Shown here piece after piece: positions 54,752-64,000 of a DNA stretch of 64,000 nt. Every line of letters starts with the position of its first letter. The first letter of the stretch is position 1. A program made the position numbers and the translations under genes. The notes under the pieces were generated by a model. That model was given only the letters and a program-made list of their open reading frames with translations. It was not told where the DNA came from and did no database searches. The stretch is from Lama guanicoe (Eukaryota), in assembly GCA_013239625.1 (NCBI GenBank), contig MU056146.1:2975812-3039811 (forward strand), in the 5' to 3' direction.

Positions 54752-54891
54752 TTTTTTTTTTCACTTTTCTTGTTTGTTTTGGGGGAAGGTAATTAGGTTT
54801 ATATTTGTTTTATTTTTAATGGATATCCTGGGGATTGTTTGCACATGCATGCTAAGCACGTACTCTACCACTGAGCTGTATACCCTCCCCC
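54752..54891 (-). mobile_element. Vic-1-like SINE with damaged B-box
   Basis: ggtaattaggttt...catgctaagcacgtactctaccactgagctgtataccctcccc; perfect 12-bp TSD cgaatgtttctt at 54740-51 and 54894-905. Confidence 0.88.
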
Positions 54892-55004
54892 AGCGAATGT
54901 TTCTTGAATGCCAAATTCAAGTACATAAAAATGTCTGGGACACAGTTTCTTTTATCCTGGAATCATCTTATGGAGAGTAACTATTAAAATTCCTGTTTTT
55001 AATA

Positions 55005-55746
55005 CCATCGATTCTCATTATGTGCATAGTAATGTTCTTTAAAGTCACAGCAAACACTGAATTAGCAAATACTGAACCATTGCTCCTACGGGAAATACAG
55101 GGTTAGGCTCCTGCAAGCTTTTCATCACATTGTCATCAGTTAGTTCATAACCTTCTTTTATGTGTGTCTCTCCTTAAAGACACCTAACTTGATTGTTGAT
55201 TCATTAACATTGAACTCGTGGCCAAGTACACTATAACTCATGTCGAATGAAGTTTATCTAGCACACATATTTTCTCCATGAGGCACATCACAACCTTCTT
55301 GTGCTTAGGAGCACCACATAGCACTTCAGCCCTACAGCTGGAGGCCATTTTAAACAGGGAAACTGCCAAGCAAAAGCACAAAGTGAGGGGAAAATTTGGC
55401 ACTAAATAGACCACATGTTTGCAGCGTGAACACTGAAACAAGAAGGCAGAGCTTCACCTGTTAGACCTCAGCTGGGAACATGCACTTTGCCACTCAGCCA
55501 TGTCTGCAGAAGGGCTTAAGTTTCCTTTAATTAATTAAATTAATTTGGGGGCTACAAATTAATTTTAGCAAGTACAGTCTCCCCTTCGTATCCGCAGGGA
55601 GTTAATTCCAGGAGCCCTTGCAGATAACAAAATCGAAGTTGATCCTAGTTTGGTTGGATTCGCAGATGCAAAACCTGTGGGTATGGAAAAGGTTGCCTGT
55701 AAGCAAAGTCACAAAAACAGAATCCATAAATAATGAGGATTGATTG
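55005..55746. mobile_element. MER82-like TcMar-Tigger DNA transposon, near full length
   Basis: TA flanks at 55003-04 and 55747-48; inverted termini tcgattctcattat.../...ataatgaggattga; internal gaattagcaaatactgaaccattgctcc and gacctcagctgggaac. Confidence 0.85.
55575..55699. mobile_element. Internally deleted MER2-like Tigger MITE nested in MER82
   Basis: TA|cagtctccccttcgtatccgcaggg...ttggttggattcgcagatgcaaaacctgtgggtatgg...ctg|TA; host sequence rejoins across it. Confidence 0.8.
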
Positions 55747-55926
55747 TATACGTTGAAAATAAGTCAGGCCGTATAAGTCAGTCACTCTGTACCTGACTGG
55801 GTAATTCTTTCTGTTTTCTTAGTCGTTGTATTTGTTTAAGTTTCAGGATCAGAGTTCGCTGAAGGTAAGAGTTCCATGAAAAATATGGAAGCCATTGCGT
55901 TGCACACTACAACGTCACGATCTTAG

Positions 55927-56169
<243 letters not shown>

Positions 56170-57627
56170 TAATCTTCAGAAGACAAGATGGGATTCTGAA
56201 ACAGTTGGTTATAAAAGTCATCTCATTCTTATGTCTGCTTCTGGTCTTAATTGGAATATTGAAAAGTAATGAGATCTTCCTTTTAGGTCAAGAATTAGGT
56301 TATTTAAGAAACCTTATCACTATTAATCCACTCATGCAATGCCCAAATTTTCAACTCCATATTTCTTCTGAAATATTCATTTGATGACTAAGTTACTATT
56401 TCTTCCAGAGATCTAATTACAATAGCGCATTTCTTATTCATCTGCTTCAGTTATTTATTCGATTATGATATAGTGTAACTTTATTATGAATTTGCTTTAT
56501 ATCTAAAGTTTTCTGCTTGAAAGACCTTGCCAAGAGACCCCAAATCAATGTAACTACCTTTTTTTTTTTTCTTTCTGTGTGTCTTTTAAGAGATGGAATC
56601 CTTAGAAATAGTCACTCTCTGATCCATTTAAATGTGTGTCAGGGGACTGAATACATATCTTTGAAGCAATTTGCTTGGAGAATACAACCATAAATGTAAT
56701 AAACACGATTTTTCAAATGTGTTTTAAAGATCAAATTTTGCTATAAAAAATGAGAAGCTCATAATTTCAAAGAAATACGGCCTGATTGTTTTCAGTGCAA
56801 TTTATAGCACTCTAAACAATTTATATACCTGGGATTGTTGGTGCTCTTTTGTTGCTGTGCCAATTATCTTGATGTAAAATTAACAGATAAAAGCCTTAAG
56901 GTCATAAAACACTTGAACCACATTGGATTATGTCATATAAACTCAGATCTCAAGGGTTTCTGGTTATGAAAATACTTTTATTAGTCACTGTTATAAATCA
57001 CTGTATCATTTTAGTTAATATCCTTCTACAGCACAGAACTCATAAGATTAAATTGGTAGCATTTGGCCTCAAAGTAAGTACATTAAGTATTTCTCTCTGT
57101 AAAAATGAAATGTACTTATAACACAAAGGCGTCTCCACAAAGTGCCAAAGTGCAGGGGTAAGTGGTGTCATTAACCACTGAATTATGTTATAAATTTATT
57201 ACTGTTTACTAGCAAATAAAATCCCCTCTTCAGTCTAGGTTTTGAAAAAGGAATCATCTGGGTAACTGCTTCGACTTTGTACTTTACCTTAGTTATATCT
57301 CTTCTCTATTCGGTTTCAGGAGAATTTTAAAAATTAGTCACCTTTTTTCTTTTAAACGATCAATTAGATTCCACCAAATGACTAGCCAGTTGTAAAGAAA
57401 TGATGGTTTCATTAGATTCCATTGTTTGGATTTCTACTGTTCAAATTCCTTTGTATGTCAAGATCCTATTAACCAGAGTACAAATTGTGAGTGTGGGTCT
57501 GACCCCTCTCTCTCTCCTTCTTCTTCTTCTTCTCTTTTTTTTCTATTTTAATTGGCTCTAACTTAGTTATTGAAACAATTCAGAATGTTCATAAACTCTG
57601 ATTTAAGAACTGGGCACAATGCAAGAT

Positions 57628-57750
57628 AAATAAGTTCTAGACAGCAGCTGTACAACATTGATCACAATACTGTATTGTGTGCTTAAAAACTGGTTAAGAG
57701 GATAGATCTCAGGTTAAATATTCTTACCATTGGAAAATAAAATTTAAAAA
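57628..57750 (+). mobile_element. L1M 3'UTR fragment
   Basis: aataagttctag...ctgtacaacat...aatactgtattgtgtgcttaaaa...taagaggatagatctcaggttaa. Confidence 0.7.
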
Positions 57751-57874
57751 CCAATGAGATACATTATGCATTTAGTTAAAACTGCATTGATTTTAAATAA
57801 TATAATGACATCTCTGACTGCTAATTAATTTTTTCCCCTTTGAAACAGAAGCAGTTTTCTCTCCCAGGAGAGAG

Positions 57875-57876
<2 letters not shown>

Positions 57877-57906
<30 letters not shown>
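57877..57906. repeat. (AC)15 microsatellite
   Basis: Direct reading. Confidence 0.95.
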
Positions 57907-57912
<6 letters not shown>

Positions 57913-60288
57913 ACTCAAACAGGGGAAACAGAGCAGGAAAAATAGTTTTCTCAAGGCAACGGTGTTTATACAACGTAGTATAGCTTAAATAAAACATCAG
58001 CACTGAGACTTTCACATGATATTTAAAATCTAGGAGATGTGAAAATTGGAATTTGAACTTTTTTTTATAAAGGGGCTTCATTGGTCATCCTCAAAATGCC
58101 CCCAATATAAGGGTCTTGAAGAATCTTGACAAATAGCAAACTGATTTAGGATCTTCTATTTTATGTACCCCCCCAATATATTTAATCACTTTTTTCTGAA
58201 AAGAATAGGTAATGGTTAATCATATGATCATGAGGAAAAATAAAAAAAGGACCAAACTCAAGGTGTATAAGGACCAGAGTCAGTGCACAGAAATTTAAAT
58301 CAGTAAGCCACTTTTATTCTAAAATGTTCTCTCACTGCACATAGTACTTACTTCCTCATAGGTGTGGCTTCAGGCTCCATAAAGGAGAATGACAGTTTTA
58401 TTAATTTTTTATTCGAGTAAATTCTGATTCTTTCCCAAATTGTAAGAATTAGCAATTTGTAATTCACAGCCAGCCATAAACCCACCTGGGGCTACTTGCC
58501 CAGCCCCTAACACTAAGGGACTCTTTCCACTTCCAAAAGAGCTGCATAATCTTATTCTTGAGAAACATAAGCCAGCCTTGAAGCTAACATCAGAATCTCC
58601 ATTTGCAGCCTTTGGGCCCCCCAAAGCTTTCTTCCCTTTGAAGGTTCAACATAGTTCTGGATGGTGGAAAGGCTGGAGCGGTTACCTTGGCCAGATTACG
58701 CTGTGCAACAGTCAGACAAAATCATCTTCACGATCCATGCAGTCCGTGCAATCCATGCATTGGTGAACGGTCCTGATGAGCCTGACATAGATTTCAGCCT
58801 ATTTGGAATGTTTATAAACAAGTCTTATGTTACCTACTCCTGCTTTAATTTTCCCCTGAAAAGATGTTTCCTGAATATTTATAAGAAGCATGTGTCCCAG
58901 AAAAGAAGGATAATTGGAAAAGACTTCCTTGAATTTCTCTGTTTCAGCAGAGAGAAGGCTTCAAAGGAAAGCATCAAAAGACAATCCCAGTCACCACGCC
59001 CCTTTTGCCAAAGTGAAAATAACTTAACTATAGGGCTGTCGGAGAGTTGCTTTTGGCTACCATTTAAAATGAGTACCTGTGGCATTAATTTTGGGGTCTG
59101 TTGGTAAACGTTCCTGTATCAGTTACTATAAAGCTATTTTTTATGTGAAATGGTAATTATGGGGTTTGTTTTAGAAATAAAGCTCCTAATCCCAATCTAG
59201 GTAAACTACTGAAAATAACTGAAAACAAAGCAAAACTCTCTCTTAAATGTGGATCAGTCCCATCCTTTAACCTCTTGCTGCGTTTATAAAGAAGTTGTCA
59301 ATTCTTCCATCATGAGGAAACATTCCATGTGTTCCTCCAAAGTTACATGGGCATAAAAAACGGTTTAGGTGCAGCTTTCAGACATACTACCATTAAGTTC
59401 TTTTTATTAGCCGGTCGTGAATGAATGCACCTGTATAAATTCCACTGCTGACTCCTCAGAGGGTAGCGCAGTCCTTCCTGCCAGCAGCCATGATCTGTTC
59501 AAGATGCAAATGCCATCAACTCATTCGGTTAACAAACTGCTAACAAAGACCCATCCTTGTGCAGTCTTTTCCCTGTTCCCAACCCTCACCCTGGCAACCC
59601 TCTCTCTCAGCCACTCTTACTGATTTTCAGTTAAACAGACTAGAGGTGATTATTTGATTATTTGCCCTTGGGAAGAGATTGGTTCTCTTCCTTTTTATTT
59701 AAATTTATAAACTGTGAATTCTCTTAAATAACTTCATGTAGAACAATGATTTCTTTAAAGAAAATTCCAGTGGACCGTCACTCAAAGTATAGGGTGTAAA
59801 AATAAATCAACAGAAAATAGCTCGACTTTTAAGATCTGAGCCTACCAAGGTGTTTCAGAGCATCGTCAGTAACGGACAATTCGTTGTATATCTCAGGATG
59901 TTACAACACAACATGCTGTACAGCTCCTGGACACACTTGTGCAGGGGGTGTCATTCATTTTACTCTAGCTGATTTCTTAGAGCAAAAAATGTACTGTAAA
60001 CTGCGTATCTTAGAGGAGCACACTTTATTAAAGGCAATTTTTTAAAAAATAGAAGGTAATTCATCCAGTTGGCGATGAGTTAGACCATTGAATCTCCAGT
60101 AAGTATCCGACATTGTACGGTGTGTGCAGACTCTCAAACAGCCTACTGGTCATTCGGAGGGAGTTTGGGGCGGGGGTGGGGGGAATGCCGCGCTGCAAAG
60201 CTGAACGTTATACCTGTGTTGTGCTATTATGTATAGAATAATCTCTCTTTCTTTTTCCTTTGAATTTGTTTTTCCTCTTGCTTCCCAG

Positions 60289-60318
60289 AGGATTGTGTGG
60301 AGGACAATGCAACATAGT
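60289..60318 (+). CDS. GPC6: Candidate alternative 30-nt GPC6 cassette exon encoding RIVWRTMQHS
   Basis: About 45-nt pyrimidine-rich tract ending cttcccAG (60287-88), 10 open codons in phase 0, donor AGT|GTAAGC at 60319. Phase matches the end of exon 6. Confidence 0.65.
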
Positions 60319-62208
60319 GTAAGCTTCGGTCTTCTTACCTTCCTCTCATGCTCATTTGTCTTTGTACGGTCATTCTGGAGAGTTTCTGAGAAATTCCACC
60401 TCCACTTTCTCTTTCCTAATTGTCTAGAGAGCGAATTGAACAGTACCTGACCAGCGGGTTTAGTCACTTTCTCTCGGCTTGGTGTTTGTGGCTAACAACC
60501 CTTTTTGGTATTCTTTCCCAATGGTAAGGTTTTCAGTCTAAGCTTTGTGTTAAGACTAGCTCATTTGGTGGCTGATTTAAATTCTATCCCAATGTTCAGA
60601 CTATGTGTAGTCTGCCTGAAAAACTAGCTCTTCCCTGATAAAATATATTGGCTTTTTTCTTCTTGTGCAGAGCGAATAATTACCTCCCTAATAATAACAA
60701 GAAACCAACATCAGCTCTCATGCATATGGAGCTAATTTTTCCATTAGCTGGGGCATAGAGAATTTAGGAGGATAAAAAAACTTTTCAGTATAGGTTGTTT
60801 ATTCTTTTTTTTTTTTCCTACTGGAATTTACTGATGTCTTTTGAGCATTTAGGGAGGGAGCATTGGATTTTTTTTTACTATAAAGTGATTTGTATTGGGG
60901 ATGTGGACAAGCACACCCAGGTTACCTTACTTGACTTCATGTATTAACTGTAATAATCAGATAGTTAAGTTATCCAGTTGGTTTTCAAAATAACCACTCC
61001 ATGCTGGCATTACCACTTGATAAAGACCTGAACCCTACATGGCATCAGGGACCCAGGAGAGAAGACGCCTTCCACCTGATGAGTTCATTTATTCACGCAG
61101 CCCACCTAAGACATAGTGGTGCGACAGGTCTGCCTGGCCTTAAGCTCAGGCAGCGGCAACACTATGTCTCAAATTCCTCCGTTAAAATTCATTTGTTTTC
61201 AAAGGAAATTATCCTCTGAGTAGTTGCCCTATTTAGCATTCCAGCTCTCTGAGTCCAGCAGTTTGGTTAACGGTAGAAAGTTAAGAGGTGAATCTGAAAC
61301 AGGATCACTCTGAAAGGGAAGCTCTCGAGGAAGGAACAGGGGAGACGGATAGCTGAAGGTCTCGGTGCTCAGTGGGAAGTGGGGGAAGGAAACATCACGG
61401 CTGAGATAAGTCAGGCTTCCATGAGTTTGGTCCAGTTGGTACAACCAGACCAGCCCCAGGTGACAGAGGATGTGCCTTCCTCTCCAGCACATTGTCTCAG
61501 TGTCTCCCGATGTTCCAGCAGCTGAGCTAGTCCAGTCTCCTAATCTAATGGTTATTATGACCCTTGTAGTTTCCCGCAAGAAGAACGAGGTCCTTGAACA
61601 TCCTGGCAAGAATGCCAATCCTAATATGATACCCACCCACTCCCCAGGGATGCTGGCCTTCCCTGCTTGCCTCCTGTAATCTTCTTTAACCAGGCCAAAA
61701 AAATCAGATGTCTGTTGTTAGATAACACAATGCGATTTCTGAAATGTACTGGTATGCCACTGGTGTCAAATACATTGTCAACATTACAATGTAGAGATTT
61801 AAGCATTTGCAAAATACCATCGAGCTGTGCGCGTTTATTGTTCACAAACAAAATGCACAGAGCAACTCACACTCTGACGTCGTTTCCTGCCTGATGGTTA
61901 GTCCCAGTTTCAGAGTAAAATGCTGGTCATAAAAATGTTCTTCCATGCTTCTTTGGGACCATTCTGGGGTGATTTAGGAAGTCTTGGTTGTAAGGATGCG
62001 GGAAAAGTGTCTGTTATTCATTTTAAATTGCCATGGCATTTTCATTGTCACCTCAAAGGATTCTGCATCCTGCTAAATCCACTATTTTGCATCTCAAAAG
62101 GATGTCAGGCTGTGTTTAAGGAAGTGCTTTATTATCTAGAGCCTCAGCCACTGTCTTTAGGTGAAACTGATAGTTCTCATGTTCCACCTCGACAGAGACA
62201 CACAGACA

Positions 62209-62211
<3 letters not shown>

Positions 62212-62243
<32 letters not shown>
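62212..62243. repeat. (AC)16 microsatellite with degenerate 5' extension
   Basis: Direct reading. Confidence 0.95.
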
Positions 62244-62246
<3 letters not shown>

Positions 62247-64000
62247 CAGCCTTTGCTCGGCCTGGAACCTCAGTAGCAACAACAAACCAGATTCTCCACT
62301 TTAATTAGTTTTCTGAGGATAAATGGGTCAAGGCCAGATTGGCTTTCAGCCTCGGCAGCCCCTGAATAAATTATGCCCGGTTCATCCCAGCACACAAACA
62401 GCTACTGCTCAATCCACTTCAGACCGTGAACTGCCCAGTGCTGCCTGAACTTGCCTTACCTATTTGCTGCAAAATCCCACTGAGATACCCCAGTTTCATT
62501 TTCCACGAACCCTTGGTAAGAGCAGACGTGAAATCCGGCGAGCTTTCAAGCAGGGAGAAAATACAAAACTTTAAAACCAAACCACCCAACTCACTGGGTC
62601 CCGGTTCCTGCCCTTCTCAGGGCAGCATCAGCCTCCTGTGTTGGCCGAGGGGAGCCCCCTGACACAGCCTTCCTTCCGCGTAGGGGGCTTGTGGTTGACG
62701 AGGCCCAAGTGGAGACTGTCATAAGACACACATACAAAATGATGGCTTATCTCCAAGACATGCTGCTTATTCCACAGGCTTGGAGGAAGCACAAATCTAA
62801 TTCAATGATCTGCACAGTTGGAAACCTGGATGGAATGCCTGCTCCTTATGTGGAATTTTCAGCTCACACCCAGTGGACAGTGGACTATTTTTTACATCCT
62901 TAGGGAGCTATTCTTTCAGGCTTGTGGAAGAGCAGTGAGACTAGAAGAAGCACAGACCTTTCTTTCCGCTCAGGCAAGGCTGTGTTTAATTGCACTGGGC
63001 TGTGTACCATGGGGAGAAATGTACCCCACTGGCTGCGTAACTCCCCGGGAGACGCTGGAGCCCGTTCCGCACCGCTGCTTCACGTCACGTCCAGGGCATC
63101 ATACGGATGCCAGCAATGAACAAAGGTCAGGCCACACATTTTAAAGAGGGAAAACTTTTGCACAGCTTGATTTTGGTGCACAGAGGTCCGAAATCATTTT
63201 GGGGGTAATTTTACCAACAAAACCATTTCAACTCTGTGTTAAACTCTCCTTTGTCCTCCAAAACATTTAAGCAAGAGCTTTGCTGACCTCTATGTCATAA
63301 AAATGATATGTTACACTTTCAGACCCCAAATAGGGCTACACAGATTTTCTATCTATTTTATGATATGTTGATAGGCTTATTTTCCCCTTCAAACATGAAA
63401 ATTTCTTTCAAATTCCTGACCTCAGCTAAACTCAAAACGATGTATTCTGTGGGTATCAATCACCCAATTATGTGTTTATTGAGTTCTTCTCTGTTGCGTA
63501 GCACTTAGTAAAACTTAACTACCATGTACAGCTTACATCATCGTAAGTGGTTGGTGCTAACATCATCAAAAAACCAGAGTTACTATTTGGGGAGTAGGGG
63601 GACCAACATTGCTTTCAAACCAGTTAGACACACCATGTCTCCTCCTGGGAATACTTACCTAGCATAGAGCCCCATAAAATATTAGCATACAGGACATAAG
63701 AATTTGGTTTGGTAACCCAAGGTAGCCTCCACCAATAAGGACTATGTGGAAGGTATTAACAAATGAATCATCGTTGACCAGAGAGGCACATTGAAAACTT
63801 TAGACATCTGTAGCAGCTTTGATCTAGACCATATCTGAAAGCTGGTTTTCCCTTCTTAAGCCAGAAGTCTTTGACCACATCTTAAACAGAGTAAATGAAG
63901 ATGTCGTCGTCAATTCTGAACTGATCAGATGAAAAGGTTCATCTGCTCACTCATTCCTGGTACTTATCCTTTATTCAGCTATCACAGTTGTTTTTGGTGA

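Noticed and set aside
57290-57340. Acceptor-like tract ctcttctctattcggtttcAG
   Set aside because: In-frame stop after five codons, with no convincing donor or poly(A) context; treated as a background pseudo-acceptor.

Overview
Mammalian genomic DNA, mostly intronic, from inside the very large glypican-6 gene (GPC6, + strand). Vic-1-type SINEs and camelid-type L1 3' ends suggest a camelid (alpaca/camel); three short N gaps indicate a draft assembly. Two canonical coding exons are clear: 39856-39986 (131 nt) and 55975-56118 (144 nt), corresponding to GPC6 exons 5 and 6 as I recall them. The second is absent from the ORF track. The rest is intron carrying L1, L2, MIR, MaLR/ERV LTRs, DNA-transposon fossils and microsatellites; repeat family names come from recognition of consensus-like sequence, not a database run. 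The best hidden signal is a set of splice units around exon 6: (1) a frame-preserving 30-nt exon at 60289-60318 (RIVWRTMQHS) with neural-microexon-type motifs, (2) a second acceptor at 60670 opening onto an immediate stop, a possible GPI-less isoform, and (3) a frame-preserving 42/24/18-nt candidate cassette 110 nt upstream of exon 6. All three are inferred from sequence and need RNA evidence. There is also a clear 5'-inverted (twin-primed) L1 insertion and several nested transposon stacks. No prokaryotic-type system is present.
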